64,000 nt of DNA, taken from Woeseiaceae bacterium (GTDB lineage Bacteria > Pseudomonadota > Gammaproteobacteria > Steroidobacterales > Woeseiaceae). Below, in pieces: positions 9,464-18,694 of this stretch. Below the pieces are notes generated by a model. The model ran no database searches. It was not told the origin of the DNA and saw nothing but the letters and a program-made list of their open reading frames with translations. Position numbers and translations under genes: made by a program. The stretch spans positions 31,468-95,467 of the forward strand of contig JBFIHC010000001.1 in NCBI GenBank assembly GCA_041601995.1, written 5' to 3'. Numbering within the stretch: the first letter of the stretch is position 1; each line of letters opens with the position of its first letter.

Positions 9464-9625
9464 GTGAATGCCAAGGCTGCGATAGTTTCCGTCTTCGCGC
9501 TCATGCTGGCGGCAGCCGCTGTATGCGGCGAGCAACACCGCCTGCGTTTGGAAGCGGATGTCGACGACGGTGCCGCGTTGAAGCCGGCACATGTCGCCTT
9601 TGAAGAGGTTGACGTAACAGACTGA
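9464..9625 (+). CDS. Possible small secreted peptide (53 aa), hypothetical
   Basis: My own translation from GTG 9464 is VNAKAAIVSVFALMLAAAAVCGEQHRLRLEADVDDGAALKPAHVAFEEVDVTD*. It has a signal-peptide-like N-terminus and is followed 33 nt later by a strong intrinsic terminator. It falls below the ORF-track length cutoff, and I recognise no homology. Confidence 0.3.
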   Translation: MNAKAAIVSVFALMLAAAAVCGEQHRLRLEADVDDGAALKPAHVAFEEVDVTD

Positions 9626-9657
9626 ATATCCCTTATGCCGTTTGTTTCGTACTGACT

Positions 9658-9686
9658 GGCGGTGGCTCGCGCCACCGCCTTTTTTC
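9658..9686 (+). terminator. Rho-independent terminator
   Basis: ggcggtggc-tcgc-gccaccgcc forms a perfect 9-bp GC-rich stem with a 4-nt loop, followed by tttttt. The orientation fits ilvA or the small-ORF transcript. Confidence 0.8.
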
Positions 9687-9688
9687 TC

Positions 9689-11788
9689 TCAGCCCCACAT
9701 CTCCCGCATTCTGGAAGCCACGTCGATCTGCCGGCCCGCGGCAGCGGCTCCGGGTGACGCTGCCTCACTTCGACCGTGCCAGCATTGCTGCAGCGTGCCG
9801 AGCAGGGATTCCGTGACGAAACGGCTGCGCGCGCCGTAGACGTGCCTGTCGCCATCGCGGTGTTGCTGGGTAACGTGGAACCGCAGCGGCGCGACCAAAG
9901 TGAGCGACTGCTTTGCGCGCGTCATCGCGACGTAGAGCAAGCGCCGCTCTTCTTCGATCAGCGCGGGTTTTCCGGTAGCGAACTCCGAGGGGAAATTGCC
10001 GTCCGTCACGTTGAGTACGTAAACGGCATCCCATTCCTGGCCCTTCGCGGAGTGAACGGTTGACAGCACGAGGTAATCCTCGTCGAGCAGCGGATCGCCT
10101 GCGAGATCACCCGCGGCACTCGGCGGGTCCAGCGTCAACTCCGTCAGGAAGCGTTCGCGCGTCGCATATCGGCCGGAAATCTGCTCGAGCTGCTCGATGT
10201 CGGCCTCGCGCGTTTCGACGCCATCGTAAATGCGCTCGAGCTGCGGTTTGTACCAGCGTCTCGCGGCCGCGAGCTGGCTCTGCCAGCCAGGGTCGTCGCG
10301 TTCCGCGGACGCCAGCGTCGTCAGCAAATTGCAAAAACCATCCCACTCCGGCCGCGTAGCGGCCGGCGGCCGGAACGATCGCAGCGAATCGACGTGGTAA
10401 TCCGCAGTCGCGAGATGCCGGAAACAGCGGTGGGCGTTGCTTGGCCCCATGCCGGGGAGGAGTTTCAGGACACGGAATGCCGCAACCTCGTTCTTCGGGT
10501 TCTCCGCCCATTTCAGCAACGCGAGCACGTCCTTTACGTGCGCGGCTTCGAGAAACTTCAGACCGCCATACTTCACGTACGGGATGTTGCGGCCGACCAG
10601 TTCGATCTCGAGGCGATCGCTGTGATGCGAGCCACGAAACAACACGGCCTGGCGCTTGAGTTCCAGCCCTTCCTCGCGGCTGGCGAGGATCGATCCGACG
10701 ACGAACTCCGCTTCGGCATCACCGTCTTCGACCGTCACGTAGCGCGGTTTTCCGCCCGTCGACGTCTGCGACTGCAGGCTCTTTTGATACTGGCGCTCGC
10801 TATCTGCAATCAGGCAGTTTGCACTGTCGAGTATCGCCTGGGTCGAGCGGTAGTTCTGTTGCAAACTGATCACCCGGGCGGGCGGCGTGTACTGCGCCGG
10901 AAAGCCGAGGATGTTCTCGACCTCCGCGGCGCGGAACGAGTAGATCGACTGCGCGTCGTCGCCGACGACCGTCATCCCGGCGCCGTCCGGCTTCATTGCC
11001 GAGAGGATCTTTGCCTGTAACAGGTTGGTGTCCTGGTATTCGTCGACGAGCACGTGATCGAACCAGCCGCCGATTTCCGCGCCGAAATCCTCTTCCTCGA
11101 CAAGGTGGCTCCAGTACAGCAGCAGGTCGTCGTAGTCGAGTGCCTGTGTCTGCTGCTTGCGCTCGACGTAGTGACGGAACAGCGATCGCAGCTCGATTTC
11201 CCAGTCGCCGCACCAGGGGAAATGCTGCTGCAGGGTGTCTTGCAATGTCTCCTGCGCATTCACGCAGCGCGAGTAGATGCCGAGGCAGGTGTCTTTCTTC
11301 GGAAAGCGGCGCGACATCCGGGACAAGCCCAGTTCGTGACGTGCGACGTCCATCAGGTCGGCCGCATCGCCCCTGTCGAGAACCGAGAAGCCGGGGTCGA
11401 GACCGAGAGTATGGGCAAAGCGCCGCAGCATGCGATTGCCCACCGAATGGAACGTGCCCGACCAGGGCAGTATGCCGGCCGGGAGCGCACCTGCCGTGCT
11501 GCCGGAGAGGGCCTGCCGCAGGATCGACTCGACCCGCCGCGTCATCTCGAGGGCAGCGCGGCGCGTGAATGTCAGCAACAGGATCCGGCGGGTATCAACG
11601 CCTTCCACCACCAGGTGCGCGACCCGATGAGCCAGCGTCATCGTCTTGCCGGTGCCTGCACCCGCCACGATTAACAGCGGTCCCGCAGCGAACGCCTCCC
11701 CGTCCCTGCGCTCACCGAAAATCGCGGCCTCGCGCTGCGCCGGATTCAGGCTGTCGAGATAACCGGGCCGGCTGCTGCTCGCTTCCAC
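9689..11788 (-). CDS. UvrD/Rep/PcrA-family ATP-dependent DNA helicase
   Basis: 699 aa. Motifs: LNPAQREAA, Walker A AGAGTGKTMTL, LLLTFTRRAA, VLVDEYQDTN, VVGDDAQSIYSFRAA, QNYRST, and C-terminal VLSTVHSAKGQEWDAVYV...EERRLLYVAMTRAK. Confidence 0.9.
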   Translation of the reverse strand: MEASSSRPGYLDSLNPAQREAAIFGERRDGEAFAAGPLLIVAGAGTGKTMTLAHRVAHLVVEGVDTRRILLLTFTRRAALEMTRRVESILRQALSGSTAGALPAGILPWSGTFHSVGNRMLRRFAHTLGLDPGFSVLDRGDAADLMDVARHELGLSRMSRRFPKKDTCLGIYSRCVNAQETLQDTLQQHFPWCGDWEIELRSLFRHYVERKQQTQALDYDDLLLYWSHLVEEEDFGAEIGGWFDHVLVDEYQDTNLLQAKILSAMKPDGAGMTVVGDDAQSIYSFRAAEVENILGFPAQYTPPARVISLQQNYRSTQAILDSANCLIADSERQYQKSLQSQTSTGGKPRYVTVEDGDAEAEFVVGSILASREEGLELKRQAVLFRGSHHSDRLEIELVGRNIPYVKYGGLKFLEAAHVKDVLALLKWAENPKNEVAAFRVLKLLPGMGPSNAHRCFRHLATADYHVDSLRSFRPPAATRPEWDGFCNLLTTLASAERDDPGWQSQLAAARRWYKPQLERIYDGVETREADIEQLEQISGRYATRERFLTELTLDPPSAAGDLAGDPLLDEDYLVLSTVHSAKGQEWDAVYVLNVTDGNFPSEFATGKPALIEEERRLLYVAMTRAKQSLTLVAPLRFHVTQQHRDGDRHVYGARSRFVTESLLGTLQQCWHGRSEAASPGAAAAGRQIDVASRMREMWG

Positions 11789-11804
11789 CGTCGCCTCCCC
11801 AAAT

Positions 11805-11820
11805 CTGTATTTTTATACAG
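11805..11820. promoter_or_regulatory. LexA (SOS) box upstream of the helicase gene
   Basis: CTGTATTTTTATACAG matches the gammaproteobacterial CTGT-N8-ACAG consensus. It lies 17 nt upstream of the helicase start. A degenerate second copy, aCTGGttatatttACAAg, follows directly at 11821..11839. Confidence 0.75.
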
Positions 11821-11844
11821 TACTGGTTATATTTACAAGGCGGG

Positions 11845-12738
11845 TTACCGGCTCGGCTGCAGGAAGTCCTCGATCGCCGCCGCCAGCGGACCCGGCGCCT
11901 CGAAATGCACCATGTGCCCGCAGGTTTCGATAATCCGGGTGCGGCTGCCCGGAAACGGCAGGTCGAGGCCGCCCGCCGCCGGCCTCACGCCGACGGCCTC
12001 GAAGACGGCACTGTCGGCACCGGCGACGAGCAAGACCGGCGCCGCAATGTCGCGCCAGCAGGCCTCCGCTTCCGCGCGGCGATAGAGAACGGGGTTGGGA
12101 AGTTTGTGCGCCGGGTCGGCCCGCAGCACCGGCCCGTCGGGTCCGTCGTCCGCCCACGCCTCGGCGACGAATCGAGCCTGTGCGGCCGACATGCGTGGAT
12201 TGCGCCCCGCGATGTGGCGTGCCAGTGCGTCCATGCTGCCGAAACGCGTGAATTCGGGCACCGCCTGCATGCGCTGCAGCCACTCCCGGTAGCGAGCCGG
12301 TGCCTCATCGGGGCTCGTGTCGAAGAGGCCGAAACCCTCGACGTTGACGAACGCGGCCACGCGCTCCGGCATTACGCCGGCGTACAGCCCGCCGACGTTC
12401 CCGCCCATGCTGTGGCCCACCAGCCGAACCGGCGCAGAAGGACTGTATTTCGAGAGAAGGTCGTCGAGATCGGCGAGGTAGTCAGGGAACCAGTAGGACG
12501 TTGCCCGGCAGTGCGTCCGACCGAAGCCCCGCCAGTCCGGCGCGATGACATGCCATTGCCGCGTCAGGGCATCGACCACGAACTGAAACGTCGCGCCCGA
12601 GTCACCCCAGCCGTGCAGCAAAACCAGCAGCGGGTCGGCAGGGTCCCCCCACTCGTGGATGTAGTAATCCACGTCGCGTACACGATGCGTGTTCCCGCGC
12701 GCCGGTGTGCGTACCTTGTATATTGAATCATCGGACAT
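11845..12738 (-). CDS. Alpha/beta-fold hydrolase
   Basis: 297 aa. HGWGDS oxyanion region, nucleophile elbow GHSMGG, C-terminal GHMVHFE. Confidence 0.8.
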   Translation of the reverse strand: MSDDSIYKVRTPARGNTHRVRDVDYYIHEWGDPADPLLVLLHGWGDSGATFQFVVDALTRQWHVIAPDWRGFGRTHCRATSYWFPDYLADLDDLLSKYSPSAPVRLVGHSMGGNVGGLYAGVMPERVAAFVNVEGFGLFDTSPDEAPARYREWLQRMQAVPEFTRFGSMDALARHIAGRNPRMSAAQARFVAEAWADDGPDGPVLRADPAHKLPNPVLYRRAEAEACWRDIAAPVLLVAGADSAVFEAVGVRPAAGGLDLPFPGSRTRIIETCGHMVHFEAPGPLAAAIEDFLQPSR

Positions 12739-12801
12739 CGATTGAGCATCGTGGCATTATCGGGCCACTTGGGGCAACGGGTTACCTGTCGAACAATTCG
12801 A

Positions 12802-15162
12802 ATGACAGTCGAGATCTTAATAGTCCTGGTCATTCTCGGCGTGTCGCTGGTTCTATTCGTCAGCGAAGTCATTCGCATGGATCTCGTTGCCCTGCTGGTG
12901 CTCGGCACGCTGGCCATCACCGGGCTCGTCGATGCCGAAGGGGCATTTGCCGGCTTCAGCAACAGCGCCGTCATCACTGTCTGGGCCATGTTCATTCTGA
13001 GTGAGGGCCTGACGCGAACCGGCATCGCCGACGTGATTGGCAGGCAGGTCATGCGCGTGGCGGGCCGCCGCGAAGTGGCGATGATCTTCGTCATCATGGT
13101 CACCGGCGCCGTGCTCTCAGCGTTCATGAACAACATCGGCGTCGCGGCGCTGATGCTGCCGGTCGTCGTTGACGTGGCGAGACGGACTCGCATCCCGGCA
13201 TCACGGCTCCTGATGCCCCTCGCCTATTCCACGCTGCTCGGCGGCCTGATGACGCTGATCGGCACACCGCCCAACCTGCTCATCAGCGAGTCCCTGGTGC
13301 TCGGCGGCTATGAACCGTTCGGGCTGTTCGATTTCACGCCGCTGGGCAGCGCGATCATGGTCAGCGGCGTGCTTTTCGTGGCCCTGTTCGGCCGCCTGCT
13401 GCTGCCGAAGAAGAGGGGCGAGCGAGGCAAGCATGTCAGTCAGCGCAGCCTGCGGACCCGCTACAAGCTGCATGAGCGCACTTTTCTTTTGCGAGTGCCG
13501 CGTGACTCCATCCTGGTTGGAAAGACGCTGGCGGACAGCCGGATCGGCACGTCGACCGGCCTTATCATCATGGCATTGATCAGGGACGGTCGCAGCGAGA
13601 CCCTGCCCAGCCGCCAGGTGGTCCTGCGCGGCGGCGACGGCATCCTCGTGCAGGGCCGTGTCGACCAGTTCCGTGAGCTGCGCCGCTGGAGCGATCTGGT
13701 CATCGAGCGTGAGGCACCGGTACTCAAGTCGATGGTTGCCGCCAAAGTCGTCTACGCGGAAGTTACCATCACGGAAGGCTCTCCGCTGGTCGGCGAACTG
13801 GTCCGGCATGCGGCGTTCCGCAGTCGGTTCGATGTCGCCGTGGTCGGCCTGCTGAGAAAGAGCGGCTACCGCCTTACCAACCTGTCCTATGTCCCGTTGC
13901 GGGCAGGCGACCGGGTTCTGGTGCAGGGTGAGCAAGCGGCGATCGAGGCCCTCGACCGCTTCTCGGACTTCACCGATGTGGAATTGCTCGACTACGAGCG
14001 GCTGGCGGAGCAGTACCATACCGACGAGCGCATGTTCGTCGTGCGAATCCCCAAGGGCAGCGACCTCTCCGGGACGACGCTGGCCAAGAGCCGGCTGGCC
14101 GACGTATTCGACTTCCGCGTACTCGCGACCTTTCGCGAGGGTAAATTGCAGGTCATGCCCCGGGGGGACGACGTCCTGGAAGGCGGCGACCTGCTGCTCA
14201 TCGAGGGCCAGCCCGCCGACCTCGACGTACTGCGCGGCCTGCAGGATCTCGAGATCGACACCAGCGTGCCAGCGAACCTCGGTGCATTCGATTCGGAGCG
14301 CCTGACGCTGATGGACGCGACGCTCGACCCTCGCAGCAGCCTCGCGGGACGCACCGTCGGAGAACTCAATTTCCGCGAACGTTACGGCATCGAGCTGGCC
14401 GGCATATGGCGGGAGGGAGAGACGGTCGGAGCCGATCTCGCCGATGAGCGGCTGCAGATCGGCGACGCACTGCTGCTGCTGGGCCCGCGCGATCGGCTGG
14501 AACTGCTCGACTCCGATTCGGATTTTCTCGTTCTCACGCCGCTCGGCCGCAAGCCGCCGGACACGCGGCGTGCGCCGCTGGCCGCCGCCATCATGCTGGG
14601 CGTCGTACTCAGCGTGATGTTCGGTTACGCGCCCATCTCGGTCGCCGCGGTCGTCGGTGGTTCGGTCATGGTGCTCACCGGCTGCCTGACCATGGAACAG
14701 GCCTATCGCGCGATCGACTGGCGTGCGATCTTCCTCATCGCAGGCATGCTGCCGCTGGGCACGGCCATGCAGTCTACCGGTGCCGCCACCTACATCGCCG
14801 ACCAGGTGATGACCCTGCTCGGTGATGCCGGGCCGTGGCCGGTCATCATGGGACTTTATATCGTGACGGCGATGGCCACGATGATCATTCCCACGGCTGC
14901 GCTGGTCGTGCTCATGTCGCCGATCGTACTGTCCGCGATGTCCGACATGGGTTACGCGCCCGAAACCGCGATGATGGCGATCGCCATGGCCGCGTCCGCG
15001 AGTTTCACGAGCCCGATATCGCATCCCGCAAACATCCTTGTAATGGGCCCGGGCGGGTATCGCTTTGTCGACTACCTGAAGGTCGGCGTGCCGCTCACCA
15101 TCGTGGTGTTCATCGCGGTGATGATATTGTTGCCCTTCTTCTGGCCACTCCAGCCCGTCTGA
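12802..15162 (+). CDS. SLC13/DASS-family anion permease with four central TrkA-C (RCK_C) domains
   Basis: Two multi-TM halves (N-terminal ...NSAVITVWAMFILSEGL..., C-terminal ...IFLIAGMLPLG...) flank four repeats of about 85 aa, each ending in G-D-x-L-(L/V)-x-G. Start chosen at ATG 12802 (MTVEILIVLV). Confidence 0.85.
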   Translation: MTVEILIVLVILGVSLVLFVSEVIRMDLVALLVLGTLAITGLVDAEGAFAGFSNSAVITVWAMFILSEGLTRTGIADVIGRQVMRVAGRREVAMIFVIMVTGAVLSAFMNNIGVAALMLPVVVDVARRTRIPASRLLMPLAYSTLLGGLMTLIGTPPNLLISESLVLGGYEPFGLFDFTPLGSAIMVSGVLFVALFGRLLLPKKRGERGKHVSQRSLRTRYKLHERTFLLRVPRDSILVGKTLADSRIGTSTGLIIMALIRDGRSETLPSRQVVLRGGDGILVQGRVDQFRELRRWSDLVIEREAPVLKSMVAAKVVYAEVTITEGSPLVGELVRHAAFRSRFDVAVVGLLRKSGYRLTNLSYVPLRAGDRVLVQGEQAAIEALDRFSDFTDVELLDYERLAEQYHTDERMFVVRIPKGSDLSGTTLAKSRLADVFDFRVLATFREGKLQVMPRGDDVLEGGDLLLIEGQPADLDVLRGLQDLEIDTSVPANLGAFDSERLTLMDATLDPRSSLAGRTVGELNFRERYGIELAGIWREGETVGADLADERLQIGDALLLLGPRDRLELLDSDSDFLVLTPLGRKPPDTRRAPLAAAIMLGVVLSVMFGYAPISVAAVVGGSVMVLTGCLTMEQAYRAIDWRAIFLIAGMLPLGTAMQSTGAATYIADQVMTLLGDAGPWPVIMGLYIVTAMATMIIPTAALVVLMSPIVLSAMSDMGYAPETAMMAIAMAASASFTSPISHPANILVMGPGGYRFVDYLKVGVPLTIVVFIAVMILLPFFWPLQPV

Positions 15163-15184
15163 GGCTCGAAAAAGGAACGGTTCC

Positions 15185-16399
15185 GTGGCACAGCAAGTCG
15201 TTATTGCCGGTGCGGGCCACGCCGCCGGACAGGTCGTCGCCTCCCTCGTCCAGAGCGGCTTCGACGGCAATATCGTGCTGCTCGGCGATGAGGCCTGGTT
15301 GCCCTACCAGCGCCCGCCGCTGTCGAAAAAATTCCTGGCCGGGGAGCTCCCGGCAGAACGGCTCTACTTGAAACCGGCGGACTTCTATGCCGGCCCGGCG
15401 GTCGAGGTTCGCCTCGAGACGCGTATCGTCAGGGTTGATCGTGAACGGCAGCTCGTGACCACTGCGGCGGAGGAGCGCGTTGCCTACGACACGCTGGTTA
15501 TCGCCACGGGCTCACGCGCCCGCCACATCCGGGTTCCCGGGAGCGACAAACGCGGGCTGCATTGTCTGCGTGGCATCGATGACGTCGCGCGTATTCGCGA
15601 AGACCTCGAGACCGCCCGCCACGTCGTCATCGTCGGTGCCGGTTATATCGGCCTCGAGGTTGCTGCCGTCATCCGGCAGCTGGGGCACGACGTTTGCGTG
15701 GTGGAAATGGCGGACCGGGTAATGAGCCGCGTCGTATCGCCCGTCGTGTCGGAGTTTTTCCGCGCGGAACACGAGGCACACGGGGTGCGCTTCCTGTTCT
15801 CGACGGAGCTCGAAGCGCTCGAGGGCGACAGGAGAATCAACGCGGTCCGGACCGAGACCGGCCATTCGGTTCCTGCCGACCTGGTGATCGCGGGCATCGG
15901 CATTGTGCCGAACACCGAACTTGCGGCATCGGCGGGCCTGCACGTGGACAATGGCATCGTCGTGGACACGCACTGCCGCACGGCAGACCCGCGTATCTAC
16001 GCTGTCGGCGACTGCACCGCTCACCCCAACAGTATCTACAACCGTCGCGTCAGGCTCGAGTCCGTCCACAATGCGCTCGAACAGGCGAAGACTGCCGCTG
16101 CCAATATCTGCGGCAATGACGTCGAGTATTCAGAGGTGCCCTGGTTCTGGTCGGACCAGTACGATCTCAAACTGCAGATCGCCGGGCTTTCCGAGGGCTA
16201 TGACGAGGTCGTGGTCCGGGGCGAGCCGGCGAACCGTTCGTTTTCCTGCCTGTACTTGCGGAACGGCGCACTGATCGCCTGTGACGCGGTCAATGCACCG
16301 CGGGATTTCGTGCAGTCCAAGCCGCTGATCGCGGCAAAGCGGAAAATCGCGCGCGACCGCCTTGCGGACATCTCAATCCAGCTGAAGGACCTCGATTAG
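15185..16399 (+). CDS. FAD-dependent NAD(P)H:ferredoxin/rubredoxin-type reductase (pyridine nucleotide-disulfide oxidoreductase family)
   Basis: 404 aa. VVIAGAGHAAG and VVIVGAGYIGLEVAA dinucleotide folds, YAVGDC motif, C-terminal reductase dimerisation region. Confidence 0.85.
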   Translation: MAQQVVIAGAGHAAGQVVASLVQSGFDGNIVLLGDEAWLPYQRPPLSKKFLAGELPAERLYLKPADFYAGPAVEVRLETRIVRVDRERQLVTTAAEERVAYDTLVIATGSRARHIRVPGSDKRGLHCLRGIDDVARIREDLETARHVVIVGAGYIGLEVAAVIRQLGHDVCVVEMADRVMSRVVSPVVSEFFRAEHEAHGVRFLFSTELEALEGDRRINAVRTETGHSVPADLVIAGIGIVPNTELAASAGLHVDNGIVVDTHCRTADPRIYAVGDCTAHPNSIYNRRVRLESVHNALEQAKTAAANICGNDVEYSEVPWFWSDQYDLKLQIAGLSEGYDEVVVRGEPANRSFSCLYLRNGALIACDAVNAPRDFVQSKPLIAAKRKIARDRLADISIQLKDLD

Positions 16400-16409
16400 G
16401 GCGCGTTTC

Positions 16410-17123
16410 TCAGGGTTCTGCTGCGCCGCTGGCGGTCAGTTCGATATTGCCGGTTATGTCGATAGCCAGGCGCCCCTCCATTGCGACCGGCCCCTGGGCC
16501 ACCGAGTAAGCGCTTGCATGGACAGCCTCGACGGCCTCGGACTCGAGTCCGTCGAATTCACCGGTACCCCCCGAAACTGCCGCGGTTCCCAGGGCACCCG
16601 GGCCCACGGTCATATTGCCGTTCCAGACTCCTTTCCAGTGATTCGCCGAACTCCAGTAAGCCGGCACCACGATCTTGCGCAGGAAATTCCAGTAGTTCTC
16701 GGTTTGCTCGACGAACAGGCTGCCGCGCTCGACAAGGTGAATATGCCAGGCGCTGTCGACAAGTGCTTCGCCATTGATAAGGCGGGTTCTTTCCGAATCG
16801 GATGAGAACTTGATGCCGATGCCCGCGGGCACGTTGCGGCTGTTCTTCACAACGGTGACCAGCACCGCGGAATGCCTGATCGGGGCTTCCCACAATTCCC
16901 GTACCTTGTCGGGGTGTGGCTGCACACGCGACTCACCGTTGTTGGTGTATACGATAGAGTCCGTCGGCACGGCTGAATAACCCAGGCTCAGAATCTCGTT
17001 GTTACTAACCGACAGCGGTGACAGTGGGTTGCGCGCCGCGAGCGGGTTGAAATACAGCAGCGTCGCGGCCGCAAACGCGCCCAGCAGGAAACCGAGCAGC
17101 AATCCGGCGACATACTTCATCAC
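16410..17123 (-). CDS. Hypothetical membrane-anchored/exported protein, paralog of the upstream gene
   Basis: 237 aa with an N-terminal hydrophobic helix (MMKYVAGLLLGFLLGAFAAATLLYF). ATGA overlap with the upstream gene. I recognise no family. Confidence 0.65.
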   Translation of the reverse strand: MMKYVAGLLLGFLLGAFAAATLLYFNPLAARNPLSPLSVSNNEILSLGYSAVPTDSIVYTNNGESRVQPHPDKVRELWEAPIRHSAVLVTVVKNSRNVPAGIGIKFSSDSERTRLINGEALVDSAWHIHLVERGSLFVEQTENYWNFLRKIVVPAYWSSANHWKGVWNGNMTVGPGALGTAAVSGGTGEFDGLESEAVEAVHASAYSVAQGPVAMEGRLAIDITGNIELTASGAAEP

Positions 17124-17728
17124 GATGCGCCGTCCTGCAAGTCCGACTCGGAGACGCCGTCGGAGAAGGCCCCCACGAACGACGTCACCAGTTCGATATA
17201 GCCGTCCGGTGCATCGACGTCGTCATCATAGGTATTTGGTACCCAGTGCTCCAAGACTTCCCCCTGCATGGGGCGGAACTCCCTCGTTCCTGCGCGCAGC
17301 ACGCCGACCCGATGGGCACCATCGGCCGCCTCTGCAGGCATGACGACATAGAAAGTGCCCCTGGCCGGAAGGTGCAACACCCATTCGACGCTGTCTTCGA
17401 TCACGTCGCTGTCCGCGACCAGGCGGCTTGCTACGCCGATGACGGCGTCGCGTGTGTTCCTGACCTTGAACAGCTCTACCCGCACGCCGCCGAACAGCTC
17501 GTCCGCCGGCCAGCGCAGCCCCCGGGGGATTGGCTCGGACTGCCGGGGCGCTCCAACCATGATGCGATCGGTCGGTATGTTGATGCGGAAAGATTCGGTG
17601 TTGCCGCCATTGGGCGTGACCGAAATAACCGACGACTCGCGGTACTGATCAACCACCGGCAGGTAATATGCCGCTGCAATGGTTCCGACGATGCCAAGCA
17701 GGAATCCGGAAATGAGGGTTTTCAACAT
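17120..17728 (-). CDS. Hypothetical membrane-anchored/exported protein
   Basis: Start chosen at ATG 17728 (MLKTLISGFLLGIVGTIAAAYYL), giving 202 aa. The track ORF extends to 17914, but that extension lacks coding character. Confidence 0.6.
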   Translation of the reverse strand: MLKTLISGFLLGIVGTIAAAYYLPVVDQYRESSVISVTPNGGNTESFRINIPTDRIMVGAPRQSEPIPRGLRWPADELFGGVRVELFKVRNTRDAVIGVASRLVADSDVIEDSVEWVLHLPARGTFYVVMPAEAADGAHRVGVLRAGTREFRPMQGEVLEHWVPNTYDDDVDAPDGYIELVTSFVGAFSDGVSESDLQDGAS

Positions 17729-17947
17729 GCGTAGTCCGTCGCAAGCTACTGCGAAGACAACGAGTTTAGTTAAATCGGAAGGACCGTCACAGCGTCCCCG
17801 TTTGAAATTGTGACGGACCGCACAGTGAAAAGCGGTTGACGCTCCGTCGAAGCGGAAAAGCCCGCCAGGGCGGTGAATCGATTTCGCCCGCTGCGCGATA
17901 CCATTAAACTGCATGCGCTGGAACCGCGAAAGCCGCCGGATGATGCA

Positions 17948-18694
17948 ATGACAACCGCAATCTGCCTGTGGTCAGGGCCGCGCAACGTCTCCACTGCGCT
18001 GATGTACAGTTTCGCGCAGAACGACCACGTAGCCGTGGTCGACGAGCCACTTTACGGTCACTACCTCCGTACGACGGGGGCCGAGCATCCGGGCGGCGAC
18101 GACGTCATCGCGGCCATGAATTGCGACGGCGATGCGGTCATGCGCGAATTGCTGCGGCGCCAGGCGGCTCACCCCGAACCGCGGCTGTTCGTAAAACACA
18201 TGGCGCACCATCTTGTCGACATCGATCTCGGTTTCCTGCGCAGGACCTGCAATATCTTCCTTGTTCGTGACCCGTGGGACATGCTGCCATCGCTGTCCGT
18301 CCAGCTGCCGGACCCGCGCCTGGCCGATACCGGGCTGCGCCGGCAGTGGGAGTTGTTTTCCGACCTGCGGGAAGCCGGGCAGCAGCCGGCCGTGCTTGAT
18401 TCCCGGGAGCTGCTCACGAACCCCCGCACCGTTCTCGGCGCACTTTGCGAACACATTGACCTGCCGTTCACACCGGCGATGCTTAGCTGGGAGGCGGGAC
18501 CGCGGCCGGAAGACGGCGTCTGGGCGCCGCACTGGTACCATGCCGTCCACCGCAGCACCGGCTTCGGGCCTTACCGCGCAAAAACGAAGTTCCCCGACCG
18601 CCTTCGACCGCTGCTCGACGAATGCCAGCCGTGGTATGAACGACTTTTCGAGCACGCGATCCGCGCTGACACCAAAGGTACAAACAACCGATGA
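17948..18694 (+). CDS. Sulfotransferase-like P-loop protein, of the type found fused to class IV aminotransferase-like proteins
   Basis: Start at ATG 17948 (MTTAICLWSGPRNVSTALMYSF...VDEPLYGHYL). ATGA overlap with the downstream class IV aminotransferase gene. Confidence 0.6.
   Translation: MTTAICLWSGPRNVSTALMYSFAQNDHVAVVDEPLYGHYLRTTGAEHPGGDDVIAAMNCDGDAVMRELLRRQAAHPEPRLFVKHMAHHLVDIDLGFLRRTCNIFLVRDPWDMLPSLSVQLPDPRLADTGLRRQWELFSDLREAGQQPAVLDSRELLTNPRTVLGALCEHIDLPFTPAMLSWEAGPRPEDGVWAPHWYHAVHRSTGFGPYRAKTKFPDRLRPLLDECQPWYERLFEHAIRADTKGTNNR

Noticed and set aside
13201-15270. A 689-aa minus-strand ORF
   Set aside because: It is antisense to the SLC13 permease, whose TM and RCK_C repeats are unmistakable. 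The product is low-complexity and rich in His, Arg, Asp and Gly. Shadow ORF.
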